Source: a virus
Lineage: Duplodnaviria > Caudoviricetes
IMG/VR virus record: IMGVR_UViG_3300027798_000117
Location: 1-36,471 of that record
Reading direction: 5' to 3' (one strand)
Length of the DNA stretch: 36,471 nt
Shown here: piece after piece, positions 1-10,527 of the stretch
How positions within the stretch are numbered: position 1 is the first letter of the stretch
Layout of the letters: the number at the start of each line of letters is the position of its first letter
Notes under the pieces: model-generated
Told to the model about the DNA's origin: nothing
Seen by the model: the letters and a program-made list of their open reading frames with translations, nothing else
Databases searched by the model: none
Program-made: the position numbers and the translations under genes

Positions 1-71
1 CGATACTCAACAGCGAGGCCCGCTATGCAAGGTGGCCGTATCCGTGAAATTCGGTGGTAAAGGAGAGGCAG

Positions 72-1790
72 ATGGCCCTTGGTCGAATTAGTGGTCCGCT
101 CTTAAAGTCGAATCTACTTCGTAATGGCGTAGACTTGGCCTTTGAGACGAATCTATTGTACTTGGATGTTACAAATCGCCGCGTTGGTATTAATACCAAT
201 TCTCCTTCACACGATTTACAAGTTAACGGCACTGCTAGAGTAACCACACTGAATGTTAGTGCCGCAAGTACGCTGGGCAACATCACATTCAGTGCAAACT
301 CAATTCAAAGCGCCAGCAATCAGATCACATTGTCTGCGGGCGGCTCCAATCCAGTAGTATATCAAGGTATTTTACAAGTTGGTAATTTACAATTAACTGC
401 AAATACCTTAACCACACTGCTACCAAATCAAAATATCAGTTTGACCACAACTGGTACTGGTGCAGTGGTTGTAAACAATAATTTAACAGTTACTGGTAAT
501 TTATATACACAAGGTAATTTAACAGTTGATGGTACAGTTACTATCAAAGGTAACATCACAATTGGAGATCAAACTACGGACACGGTGGCAATTACCGCTG
601 GAATCAGTAGTAATATAACACCAGCAACCACTGCCACATATAACTTGGGATCATCGACCGGGCCGTTGTATTGGAACAATGTGTATGCTACCAACAGTTA
701 TTACAACAGCATTACTGTAACAAACTTTCAAAACAACAACTTGGTGTTTAGTGCAAACACCATTACTGATACAGTAAACAATGCCGACATTCAGTTTGCC
801 ACAACTGGCACTGGCGGCATTATACTTGGCAATGTCAAAGTCAGTTCAAACAGCATTACCAACACTGTTTCAAATGCTGTTACAACGTTTAATCAAACCA
901 CCGGAACTGCCAGCTTTACTGGTTCTATTGCCAGCGCAGTGGCAGTGACATTTACAGGTAGCGTTGCATTAACCACATTAACAGTGACCAGTGCGCCAAC
1001 AGGTGCTGGGATTGTTGCAGGACAAAGCATAAGCGGCGACACTATTCCAGCAGGTACGTATATTGTTGCAAATTTAACTGGCACTGGAACTAGCGCCAGC
1101 AGTACATGGGCCATTAGCAATTCATTTACACAGATCAGTACAACTGTTACTGCCCAACTGTCAACATTAACAGTTACCGCGGTTACCGCAAGTCCAATCA
1201 ATTCTGGAATGATTTTGAGCGGAAGCGGAGTAACAGCAAACACTGTTGTTGTTAGTCAAAACACAGCAACCACAGCCGCAATAACAAGTCCCACATTCGC
1301 AAGTGGTGGTGCGCAAGGCGCATACACGTTTGTAGTGAGTTCAGGCGCTGGTATTGCAAAAAATCAATTTGTCAGTGGTACTGGTATTCCAACAAACACA
1401 TTTGTAAGTAACGTGGCAGGCACCAGTATCACTTTAACCAAAGCATTTACAACTCAAGCCAGCGGAACATATAATTTTTACACACCAGGTACACAAGGTA
1501 CATACTATATAAGTCCAGCACAAACAGCCAGTTCAACAGCTATAACTGGCACTGTTACAGGTTATGTTTACATTGGTGGAACCAACGGTGTTGTTATTCC
1601 AGCAGGAACAACATTACAACGCCCAGGCAGTCCACTGACTGGGATGATTCGATTCAATACAGACTCAGAAAGTTTAGCTATTGAAGTTTATACTGGAAGT
1701 TCTTGGGCTGGTGTTGCAGGAGCATCTGCAGGTATCACTGTTAATCAAGCTAGCGATTCGGCCGCACAATGGGCACTAGCATTAGGATAA
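72..1790 (+). CDS. Phage virion structural / tail-fibre-like protein (572 aa)
   Basis: ATG at 72 follows AAGGAG, so it is preferred over the GTG at 54. N-terminus MALGRISGPLLKSNLLRNGVDLAFE; fibre-type motifs RVGINTNSPSHDLQVNG and IPAGTTLQRP...GMIRFNTD; very Thr/Ser/Asn-rich. Confidence 0.8.
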   Translation: MALGRISGPLLKSNLLRNGVDLAFETNLLYLDVTNRRVGINTNSPSHDLQVNGTARVTTLNVSAASTLGNITFSANSIQSASNQITLSAGGSNPVVYQGILQVGNLQLTANTLTTLLPNQNISLTTTGTGAVVVNNNLTVTGNLYTQGNLTVDGTVTIKGNITIGDQTTDTVAITAGISSNITPATTATYNLGSSTGPLYWNNVYATNSYYNSITVTNFQNNNLVFSANTITDTVNNADIQFATTGTGGIILGNVKVSSNSITNTVSNAVTTFNQTTGTASFTGSIASAVAVTFTGSVALTTLTVTSAPTGAGIVAGQSISGDTIPAGTYIVANLTGTGTSASSTWAISNSFTQISTTVTAQLSTLTVTAVTASPINSGMILSGSGVTANTVVVSQNTATTAAITSPTFASGGAQGAYTFVVSSGAGIAKNQFVSGTGIPTNTFVSNVAGTSITLTKAFTTQASGTYNFYTPGTQGTYYISPAQTASSTAITGTVTGYVYIGGTNGVVIPAGTTLQRPGSPLTGMIRFNTDSESLAIEVYTGSSWAGVAGASAGITVNQASDSAAQWALALG

Positions 1791-1793
1791 AAT

Positions 1794-2348
1794 ATGGCAA
1801 CCACATTTAAAAATGCAATAAGTACAGCAGTCGGCACAACACCAGTTATTGTGTACACTGCGGCAAGTAACGTTCGAGTAACAATTTTAGGTATCAGTTT
1901 TACAAACACAACCACTGGTTGGGTAACAGCAAGTGTAATAATAACAGACCCTGCTCCGGGCGCAACATTCACAGCCAATCAAAGCACTGTGACCAATCCA
2001 ACGGTGCTGACCAATGTCAATGCATTTAACAATGTTTCCGTTGGTGCAAGCGTGACTGGAACTGGTATACCAGCCAGTACAATAATTAGCAGTTTTGATG
2101 CTGTGGCAAAAACTGTCACAATAAGCAATGCGGCAACACAGACATTGACAGCAAACACTATTACTTTTGTGGGAACAACAGCCGCTACTAGTTATTATAT
2201 TAAAGATGTGGTTGTGCCAGCTAATCAAAGTTTAAGAGTTATCAACGGCGGAGAGCGTCTAGTGTTAGGCGCAAGCAACACATTATCAGTAGTGACCAAT
2301 ACTGCAACTAGTTGCGATGTTATTGTAAGTTTAGTTGAAATTATTTAA
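1794..2348 (+). CDS. Small phage structural protein (predicted beta-sandwich with one inserted GTGIP module)
   Basis: AGGA RBS; 3 nt after the previous stop; beta-rich sequence ...IKDVVVPANQSLRVINGGERLVL; loosely resembles 21079..21417. Confidence 0.7.
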   Translation: MATTFKNAISTAVGTTPVIVYTAASNVRVTILGISFTNTTTGWVTASVIITDPAPGATFTANQSTVTNPTVLTNVNAFNNVSVGASVTGTGIPASTIISSFDAVAKTVTISNAATQTLTANTITFVGTTAATSYYIKDVVVPANQSLRVINGGERLVLGASNTLSVVTNTATSCDVIVSLVEII

Positions 2349-2359
2349 GGATTAATATT

Positions 2360-2716
2360 ATGGCCATGAATTATGTAGGTGATGTAAGCAATAATGATTT
2401 ATTAGGCGCCGGCCAGGGCAGGTATTTTTACGGACTACGCAGAACAGAAGACGGCACTTTGTTTTTTGTCAAAGTAGATCAGATAACTGGAACAGACACA
2501 ATTACGATTAACGTTGCAGGCCCTAACGCTAACAACTTTGAAGATTTTGAATACGGTGTAGATTATTTTGACGGCCGCAGTGCAGTAGATCACAGCAGAC
2601 CTTATCCTAATTTATATTACGATCAGTATCGCTGGGATACTAAAAACATGTATTATTATATCAATCCACAAGGCGAATTAGTCGCACGTATTAATCAAGC
2701 ATACGTTTATAGTTAA
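2360..2716 (+). CDS. Hypothetical phage protein (118 aa, Tyr/Asp-rich) in the structural operon
   Basis: AAGGA RBS; fills the gap between two structural genes; no recognisable motif. Confidence 0.7.
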   Translation: MAMNYVGDVSNNDLLGAGQGRYFYGLRRTEDGTLFFVKVDQITGTDTITINVAGPNANNFEDFEYGVDYFDGRSAVDHSRPYPNLYYDQYRWDTKNMYYYINPQGELVARINQAYVYS

Positions 2717-2725
2717 GGAATAAAA

Positions 2726-4150
2726 ATGGCAGAGTTTAAAATAAACAGATTACGTTACACATGGTTAGGACCTTGGGTAGCAAACACAGTGTATGGCAAA
2801 GATTCCGTTGTAGAATACAGCGGTAAAACGTATGCTTGTTTAATTGCACACACATCAAGTGTTACTTCTTTTTACAACGATTTGAATTTTGTAACGGGTC
2901 AAGGCGCATCAACTCCTTATTGGGTACTTATTCTTGAAGGTAAAACATTTAGAGGCCCGTGGGTCACAGCAAGAATTTATAATACTGGTAATATTGTTTC
3001 TTTTGGCGGACAAGTTTATACCTGTGTAACACCACATACCAGCACAGTATTTGCCACCAATGCTACTAACTGGATTCAGTATTCAGAATTTTCAGACTGG
3101 AATAATACATGGACTATCAACACTGTGTACGGCTTAGGAGATGTTGTCAAATATGGCGGTATAGTTTATCGTTGTGTTGCCAATCACGTGTCGGCCAGCG
3201 CCATAGCCGCGGCGGCTGATCCAGAAACTACCACAGGACTTGAAGCAGATCTATCCAAATGGACCGTAGTTAACAGCGGCATTGATTACAAAGGTGAATG
3301 GAACGTGGTTGCAGGTGTGCCACAACCCGGCGGCACAGTGAGATACAAATTAAATGACATTGTTAAGTTCGGCGCCAATTTATGGAAAGCCAACACTGGT
3401 CACAGCTCTACCGCTACATTTAATCCAACTAGATGGACCATGTGGTTGCCGGGCGAAGAATATGCTAATTCGTGGACCGTTACTGCTGTTTTTCAAATAG
3501 GTGATATTGTAAGTTATGGCGGATACGAATACATAGGCAACATTACTAATAACGTGGGCAATGTGCCGTCTATAGATACTGTCAGCTGGACAGTATTCAC
3601 AAAAAATTACAATCTACGGGGCTCATGGAGTGCGCTCGACAGCTATAGAGTTGGAGATACTGTGCGTAAAAATGGCCGCTTGTATATTGCATTGTTTGAT
3701 AGCCTTAATTCTGATCCTACTTCTCCTGCCGCAAGTATTCAATATACCGCAGTGGGAAGCAGTGGCACTACCCTCAAAGTCAGCGATTCAACCACTGTTA
3801 AACCCGGCATGATTTTACTAGGTACTGGTTTTACTTTGGGACAAACAGTTTCTACAATTGTTGACATCAACACTATAACTTTAGACCGCGGCCCTGACGG
3901 AACTCCAACTGACGGACAGACCCTAGCATTTACCGCAGTTGGTGCAAATTGGCAATTAATTAATTCAAATACTGAATGGTTAAATTTCTGGACAGCACTC
4001 GATACAGTTTCTTACAGTGTAGGGGATCTTGCCATCTGGCAAAATGACACTTACATGTGTATTCAAAGCCATTCAAACAGTGGCGGCTCAGCCAAACGAC
4101 CAGACTTGGACACACTACGACAATACTGGACAGTGTTTATTAACCATGAC
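2726..4150 (+). repeat. Protein-level tandem CBM5/12 (ChiC-like) aromatic repeats in protein A (boundaries approximate)
   Basis: WVANTVYGKDSVVEYSG, WTINTVYGLGDVVKYGG, WTVTAVFQIGDIVSYGG, WSALDSYRVGDTVRKNG and others. Confidence 0.7.
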
Positions 4151-7100
4151 CAGAAAAATGCATTGAATTCTTTTGGCGATATTGAAGCATATAGTTCAGG
4201 CCAACCTACTGCAATTCCTATCAGTGTAGATGCGTATGCATTAAGAGCAACTACTCAAGGATCCAATTTGGTACCTGCATGGTCACAAATCATGAATATC
4301 AACAATGTGTTCTATGTAGGGCCAACAGGCACTGACGGCCCAGCCGCGGCAGGTTGGGGCAAAACATTAGATCGTCCTTTTAAAACTATTGCTCATGCTT
4401 GTCGAATTGCATCAGCAGGAACAGCAAATTTAAATACATTTAAAGCAGTATTCGCAAATAAATTGTGGTTAACTACTGAAATGTATAATTGGATGTTGTA
4501 TCAAAAAACAATCAGTCAAGCACCATTCAGCCCAAGTTCTGTTTTTGACGGTGCTAAAACATTACGCGATGCTGGTTTTGTTATCGATGCAGTCCTGTAC
4601 GATATAACACGAGGCGGAAATAGTCAAACTGTACAAAACGCTCTTGCTTATTTTGCTCAAGAAAGTACAACAACATTTATCAATGCCACAGTGACAGCAC
4701 AAATGCCGTATTTTATAGCGGCGCTAAATCAATTATTACTATTAATTAGAAATGTATTAACTGATACAGCACCGGCACAAAACTATCAAGCATTAAACAA
4801 TGTGCCGGTATTAAATCGAGTTAATAGAATAATCAATGAAGTGTCCACAGGATCCCCAGTCTTTCCAGCAACAACTAATATTGAAATAACAGCTGACCCA
4901 GCAATTACAATATTATTTGGATATATTACAACAGCATTGACAAACAGCAGTACCACTGGGTTGCCACCCACATACGCAGGAGCCACAATAACTATCAATG
5001 TTAAAACTGGCACATACAACGAAACATTACCAATTGTGGTTCCAGCAAATTGCGCAATCAATGGTGACGAATTGCGTGGAACTGTAGTACAACCCGCAGT
5101 TAGATTAATTTTAACAATTACTTCAGCTAACCCATCAACAAAATTGTTTACAGTAGCAAGCACTGTTGGTCTGACCAACAACATGGCATTTACACCAACT
5201 GTTGCAACTGCCGGGCTGACAGCGGGCACAATCTATTACGTAGTTGGTTCTTCAATTACAGCAACACAGTTTGGCGTCAGTACAGCTCCGAACGGCGCAT
5301 TAAGTGCCTTGACTTTAGCAACAAATGTTTCAATAACTGCTTATGCTGGGGATTGTTTAAAGAACATGTTTTTATTACGCAACGGTAGCGGCTTACGCAA
5401 CATGACTGTAACCGGACTATTAGGCGTTCTTGGACCAATCAATACCTACTTAACAGCCCGCCCAACTGGCGGCGCATTTGCCAGTCTTGATCCTGGAACC
5501 GGCCCAGACGACACCAGCGCATGGATTATTAAACGCAGTCCATATGTACAAAACGTAACTACATTTGGTTATGGTTGCACAGGTTTGAAAATTGACGGAA
5601 CATTACACAATGGCGGAAATAAATCCATTGTGTGTAACGACTTTACACAAGTTATAGGAGACGGCGTGGGTATTTGGGTAACAGGACCCAGCTCAGTCTG
5701 TGAGGCAGTTAGTGTGTTCTCATACTATGGATATGCTGGATATCTAGCAGAAGACGGCGGACGTTTACGTGCGACCAACGGCAATACCAGTTACGGTACA
5801 TACGGTTGTATTGCTGAAGGGTATGATATCACAGAACCTCCACTGACTGGAGTTGTGTTTAATCAAAGTTCACAGGTACAAGCTCAAGTGGCCACATCGT
5901 TGGGATCAGCCGCTCAGTTGATTAGAATGTCCTACGCTAATGCAGGCTCTTCATACTATACAACCACTACTAATTTGTTAGGTTACAGTAATAATTTCCA
6001 AGGTGCGGCATGGACACCTACCAATTTAACATTGACAAAAAATACAGTTGGCCCAATCACCGGTTTGACTGACGCATGGTTTTTAGCATCCACTGCCGGA
6101 ACAGGAGTACTTTCACAAGCAGTAACTATACCAGCCGCAGGCGCAATATATACTAACATTGCAGGTATTGGCGGATCGGGAACAAGTGCAACATTTGACA
6201 TTGCAGTAACAGCCACTACTTATGTGGTCACTGTCAACAACGGTGGCTCTGGATATATTGGTAACGATCAAATTACTATTTCTGGAGCATTACTAGGCGG
6301 AACAAACCCTGCAAATAATTGCACAGTAACAGTATTTTCATTATCAGGAAGTTCTATAGCAACTGTAACGTTGCCATCAGCTGGCGTAGTAGGCAACACT
6401 GTACCAGTTGGCAGTGCATTAAAATACACAACCAGTTTGTATGTCAAACAAGGCACAGCACCAAGTTGCGATTTGTTAGTTACTTTTAGTGGCTCAACAA
6501 CTGTTACCAACGGTGTGAATTTCAACTTTGGTACCAGCGCAATTACCACTACAGCATTGGGTAGTGGAACAATAACAGCGCCAGCACTGTCTGGCAAGGT
6601 TACTTTGGCCGACGGCTGGTACAGACTTTGGTTTTCAACAGCAGATTCCACAGGCCTAAACACAACAGCTACCGTGGTATTTTACCCTTCGAGTAGTGCA
6701 TCCAGCGGCGGAACTTATGCCTATGCTGGGCAGTACGAAATTGCTGGAACTGTTACACCAGCCGCACCATCGTTCTATCTTGATGTTGCTGGCACTACAA
6801 AATACACAGCATACGCCAATTACACAATCACTGGCGCTGGCACAGGAGCCCTGGCCATAGGTGACGAAGTACGATCACAGTCTGTATTTGAAACTCGCGT
6901 GACAAACGGTGGAACTGGATATCAAACAGCCAGCAACAATGCACAGGCTGGAAATACCCTACAAATCACAATTGCACAGTCTGATACATTGTTATTATCA
7001 AACTATGTTGGTATGCGTTTATTCATCAACAGCGGAACTGGTGCAGGTCAATATGGTTATATTGCATACTATAACAGTGCTACTAAGATTGCTAATATGG

Positions 7101-10100
7101 CCAAAGAATCATTCGTGCCAATAGAAATAACATCGTCCGACAGCACAACACTAACCATCAACCCAATAAATTCAATTGCGCCGTTGTATGTTGGACAAGC
7201 TGTACAATTTGTTCCAACATATTATGCTACCACTGTTAGCACAGTTGGTATCACACGCATGACACTAATATCTGTTTCTGGCGGCACCACCAATGCAATT
7301 TTTGTAAACAGTGTAGCAGGGTTGGCAGTGAATATGCCAATCACATTCACTACAACTGCTACACAATTGATTAGCACATTAACCGCTGGATTTGTATACT
7401 ACATTTCATCTATCGATACTGTGGCCAATAGTTTTAGAATTACCAATCAAATATTCAGTGCAGTTGATTGGTTATTGACCACAGCGATTCCAACCATTGG
7501 ATCCAATGTCTATATAAATTATCCGTCTTACACAAATTACCTACAGGGTCTAACAGCCAATATGGTTGTTAACTTTCCGATTACATTTACTGGAACTAGT
7601 ATTGGCGGATTAAATGTAGGAACCACTTACTATATTAATGATATAGTAGACGGAGCAAACTTTACAGTATCAACTTCTTTAGCAACTGTAACGGTAACTG
7701 CCGCCAGCAGTTCTACTCAAGCACTCACAGTGGCCAGTGTTGCGTCATTGACTCCGTTAAATCCAATAGTGTTTACTAACACTAGTACTAGCGGAATCTC
7801 AACCAACACAAAATATTACATTAGTAAATTAGTGGATTCAACCAGTTTTCAAATTTCTACACTGTTAACATCTGTATCAGTGACATCAGTGTCCAGTCCA
7901 GGAACGGGTAACTTGTTTACATGTGGTTCTACTGCTGGATTTGGCGGTTCACCAAATTATCAACCAATCATGTTTGTGGGAAATACATTTGGCGGAGTAG
8001 TAGCCGAAACTGTGTATTATATACTGGGTGTTGCTGGAGACGGTTTTTCGTTTACAATTAGTAGTACTCCTGGTGGACAAGCATTTGGCTCCGGGCCAGC
8101 AACTGGTATTATGACAGCTAAGACTTGTTTGACCACCAACTTAAAAACATTAACAACTGTAGCTAGTATGTCTGCTACAGGTACCACAACATCAACTAGA
8201 ACCAAATTCACAGCAGGTTACAGCAACATCAACGGCACATTTTCCACGTCATTGTTTAGCACAGTGCAACAAGGAACCACTTATTATGTTAATACAATCT
8301 CAGCTACTGGATTTACAGTTTCTGATTCGTTTGCCAACGTGGGTGTAAGTACATTTGCGCAAAGTGCAGGTACTGGCTCCATGAATGTGGTAGCTACCGG
8401 CTGGGATCATCAGAATCCAGCAACTCCAATAGCCGCATTGCTAGATGCATCTTCGGTTTATTTTATTGAGCCGAGACCTGTTTACAGCACACCCAGCTTT
8501 ACGCAAACTCCAGCAGTGTCAACAATATCGTTGGCTCCTGGAACTAGTTATACTTCAATGACATATGGTAATAATTACTGGATTGCTTTCCCCAACGGCA
8601 ACGCAACAGCGGCTGGCTCATCAGACGGACTAACGTGGACTAACATAACATTACCGTTCACTGCCAGCTGGACTGGAGTTGCATACGGCAACGGTTATTA
8701 TGTTGGCATAGCATCAGGAACTACCAATGCAGTAAGATCTGTATCGGGCTTGGGATGGAGAACAATATCATTGGGTTCCAGCACTAGCTGGAGTCAAGTA
8801 GCGTATGGCAATGGAGTATTTGTTGTTGTTGCTAACTCAGGATCTTGTGTTTATTCAAATAACTTTGGTAATACTTGGAGCGCAGGCTCTGGGCTTACAA
8901 CTGCAACATTTACCGACATAACATTTGGTAATGGTATATTTGTAGCTATAGCATCAGGCGGCAACTACGCGGCCACAAGTACCAACGGTGTTACTTGGAC
9001 CACACGAACATTGCCTTCAAGTACCACATGGTCAAGTGTTGCATTTGGTCAAGGAATATTTGTTGCAATATCCAACACATCGTCTGTATCAGCTTACAGC
9101 CAAGACGGCACAACATGGTTGCCTGGAAATATGGCAATCTTCGCAGACCATGTTAGATATGGTCAGGGCGTATTTGTTGCACTATCAGCCGCAGGAGCAA
9201 GTGGTTGGACCAGCGAAGATGGATCAAACTGGCTGGCGCAGACCGTTACCAACGATGGCTACGGCGCTGTGGCATTTGGATTTTATGCCAACAATGTGGG
9301 TGGTGTGATATCTTATATTGGTAGATTTGCAACCCTGTCTGGTACAAATGTCGGTAGTGGTTTCTTAGCAGGATGCAAAACAAAGTCAAGAGCAATTATC
9401 ACATCAGGAATAATTACCCAACTTACTAGCTGGGAACCGGGATCAGCCTACACATCTGTTCCCACAGTAACATTTACAGACCCTAACGTGACAAGTCTTG
9501 CCACAGTGGTACCGCGTCTTGGTAGCGGTACATTGTCTAGTCCGACGTTTGTGTCAAAAGGATCTGGATACAACAACACATCAACGGCAATACAAGTAAC
9601 TGGCAATGGATATGCTGACGCATTCCAGTCAGGGCTTACAATTATTTTAGATCAATTGTCTAGGTTACCATTGCCAGGTGACAACTTGGTAATCACAGGA
9701 GTGGATCAAGTTTACAAAGTAACTAGTGCAACCGCAGTATTTGGAACTGTTGCACCTAACATTGAAGCCAATGTGTCAATATCACCGGGCATGACAACTC
9801 CGCTGAGTCCAGCAAATAATACTACTATTAGTATTAGACAAAAGTACAGCCAGGTTCGTCTAACAGGACACGACTTTTTAAACATTGGTTACGGAAACGT
9901 AACTCAATCAAATTACCCCGGTGTTCCTACTGAGACGGGGTTGAAACAAGAGCAACAAATTATTGAAACCAACTATGGCAAAGTGTTTTATGCCAGTACA
10001 GACCAGGACGGTAACTTCAAAGTTGGTACTTTATTCGGAGTACAACAAGCAACTGGTATTGTTACACTGAGCGCCAGCCAGTTTGGATTGACTGGTTTGA

Positions 10101-10462
10101 ATACGTTGAGTCTTGGTGGAATTGCAGTGGGCGGATCCAGTGTAGTTGTAAGTCAGTTTAGTACTGATGGTAACTTTGTTGCCAACAGCGACAATGTTAT
10201 TCCAACACAAAAAGCCATTAAAACTTACTTGACCAGTCGTTTGAGTCAAGGTGGATCAAACACTCAAACTGGACAGTTAACAGCAGGTAGTGTATTAGTC
10301 GGAGGTCCAAACAAAATTTCGTCAACTGTACCAAACGGACAAGTTGGATCCAACATCAAAATGACAAGTAAAATAAACTTTACTGGGTCGACCACAGGTA
10401 TAGGTGGCAATATGCCAGCGTTTTTCTTCTTCATGCAACACTCGACGAAGAAGGGCAGATAA
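2726..10462 (+). CDS. Giant virion structural/fibre protein A (2578 aa): CBM5/12-like repeats, pectin-lyase-like beta-helix, propeller repeats
   Basis: Uninterrupted ORF with AAGGA RBS; repeated W-x4-Y-x2-GDVV-x-YGG units; NVFYVGPTGTD..GKTLDRPFKTI and VKTGTYNE..GDELRG motifs; W-x2-VAYGNG-x-FVA repeats; C-terminal SQVRLTGHDFL...STDQDGNF shared with the next gene. Confidence 0.85.
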   Translation: MAEFKINRLRYTWLGPWVANTVYGKDSVVEYSGKTYACLIAHTSSVTSFYNDLNFVTGQGASTPYWVLILEGKTFRGPWVTARIYNTGNIVSFGGQVYTCVTPHTSTVFATNATNWIQYSEFSDWNNTWTINTVYGLGDVVKYGGIVYRCVANHVSASAIAAAADPETTTGLEADLSKWTVVNSGIDYKGEWNVVAGVPQPGGTVRYKLNDIVKFGANLWKANTGHSSTATFNPTRWTMWLPGEEYANSWTVTAVFQIGDIVSYGGYEYIGNITNNVGNVPSIDTVSWTVFTKNYNLRGSWSALDSYRVGDTVRKNGRLYIALFDSLNSDPTSPAASIQYTAVGSSGTTLKVSDSTTVKPGMILLGTGFTLGQTVSTIVDINTITLDRGPDGTPTDGQTLAFTAVGANWQLINSNTEWLNFWTALDTVSYSVGDLAIWQNDTYMCIQSHSNSGGSAKRPDLDTLRQYWTVFINHDQKNALNSFGDIEAYSSGQPTAIPISVDAYALRATTQGSNLVPAWSQIMNINNVFYVGPTGTDGPAAAGWGKTLDRPFKTIAHACRIASAGTANLNTFKAVFANKLWLTTEMYNWMLYQKTISQAPFSPSSVFDGAKTLRDAGFVIDAVLYDITRGGNSQTVQNALAYFAQESTTTFINATVTAQMPYFIAALNQLLLLIRNVLTDTAPAQNYQALNNVPVLNRVNRIINEVSTGSPVFPATTNIEITADPAITILFGYITTALTNSSTTGLPPTYAGATITINVKTGTYNETLPIVVPANCAINGDELRGTVVQPAVRLILTITSANPSTKLFTVASTVGLTNNMAFTPTVATAGLTAGTIYYVVGSSITATQFGVSTAPNGALSALTLATNVSITAYAGDCLKNMFLLRNGSGLRNMTVTGLLGVLGPINTYLTARPTGGAFASLDPGTGPDDTSAWIIKRSPYVQNVTTFGYGCTGLKIDGTLHNGGNKSIVCNDFTQVIGDGVGIWVTGPSSVCEAVSVFSYYGYAGYLAEDGGRLRATNGNTSYGTYGCIAEGYDITEPPLTGVVFNQSSQVQAQVATSLGSAAQLIRMSYANAGSSYYTTTTNLLGYSNNFQGAAWTPTNLTLTKNTVGPITGLTDAWFLASTAGTGVLSQAVTIPAAGAIYTNIAGIGGSGTSATFDIAVTATTYVVTVNNGGSGYIGNDQITISGALLGGTNPANNCTVTVFSLSGSSIATVTLPSAGVVGNTVPVGSALKYTTSLYVKQGTAPSCDLLVTFSGSTTVTNGVNFNFGTSAITTTALGSGTITAPALSGKVTLADGWYRLWFSTADSTGLNTTATVVFYPSSSASSGGTYAYAGQYEIAGTVTPAAPSFYLDVAGTTKYTAYANYTITGAGTGALAIGDEVRSQSVFETRVTNGGTGYQTASNNAQAGNTLQITIAQSDTLLLSNYVGMRLFINSGTGAGQYGYIAYYNSATKIANMAKESFVPIEITSSDSTTLTINPINSIAPLYVGQAVQFVPTYYATTVSTVGITRMTLISVSGGTTNAIFVNSVAGLAVNMPITFTTTATQLISTLTAGFVYYISSIDTVANSFRITNQIFSAVDWLLTTAIPTIGSNVYINYPSYTNYLQGLTANMVVNFPITFTGTSIGGLNVGTTYYINDIVDGANFTVSTSLATVTVTAASSSTQALTVASVASLTPLNPIVFTNTSTSGISTNTKYYISKLVDSTSFQISTLLTSVSVTSVSSPGTGNLFTCGSTAGFGGSPNYQPIMFVGNTFGGVVAETVYYILGVAGDGFSFTISSTPGGQAFGSGPATGIMTAKTCLTTNLKTLTTVASMSATGTTTSTRTKFTAGYSNINGTFSTSLFSTVQQGTTYYVNTISATGFTVSDSFANVGVSTFAQSAGTGSMNVVATGWDHQNPATPIAALLDASSVYFIEPRPVYSTPSFTQTPAVSTISLAPGTSYTSMTYGNNYWIAFPNGNATAAGSSDGLTWTNITLPFTASWTGVAYGNGYYVGIASGTTNAVRSVSGLGWRTISLGSSTSWSQVAYGNGVFVVVANSGSCVYSNNFGNTWSAGSGLTTATFTDITFGNGIFVAIASGGNYAATSTNGVTWTTRTLPSSTTWSSVAFGQGIFVAISNTSSVSAYSQDGTTWLPGNMAIFADHVRYGQGVFVALSAAGASGWTSEDGSNWLAQTVTNDGYGAVAFGFYANNVGGVISYIGRFATLSGTNVGSGFLAGCKTKSRAIITSGIITQLTSWEPGSAYTSVPTVTFTDPNVTSLATVVPRLGSGTLSSPTFVSKGSGYNNTSTAIQVTGNGYADAFQSGLTIILDQLSRLPLPGDNLVITGVDQVYKVTSATAVFGTVAPNIEANVSISPGMTTPLSPANNTTISIRQKYSQVRLTGHDFLNIGYGNVTQSNYPGVPTETGLKQEQQIIETNYGKVFYASTDQDGNFKVGTLFGVQQATGIVTLSASQFGLTGLNTLSLGGIAVGGSSVVVSQFSTDGNFVANSDNVIPTQKAIKTYLTSRLSQGGSNTQTGQLTAGSVLVGGPNKISSTVPNGQVGSNIKMTSKINFTGSTTGIGGNMPAFFFFMQHSTKKGR

Positions 10463-10501
10463 GCTGTAAATCGGCAACTAAGAATTGAAAAATTGTATTA
10501 A

Positions 10502-10509
10502 GATAAATA
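10502..10509 (+). promoter_or_regulatory. Putative T4-type late promoter (GATAAATA)
   Basis: One mismatch to TATAAATA; intergenic, 18 nt upstream of the ATG at 10528, ahead of a GAGGA RBS. Confidence 0.6.
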
Positions 10510-10527
10510 TTATCAGAGGAACATAAA

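Noticed and set aside
54-71. GTG start at 54 for the first gene, and the longer track starts at 30634 and 31780
   Set aside because: RBS position and stop/start coupling favour ATG at 72, 30655 and 31843.
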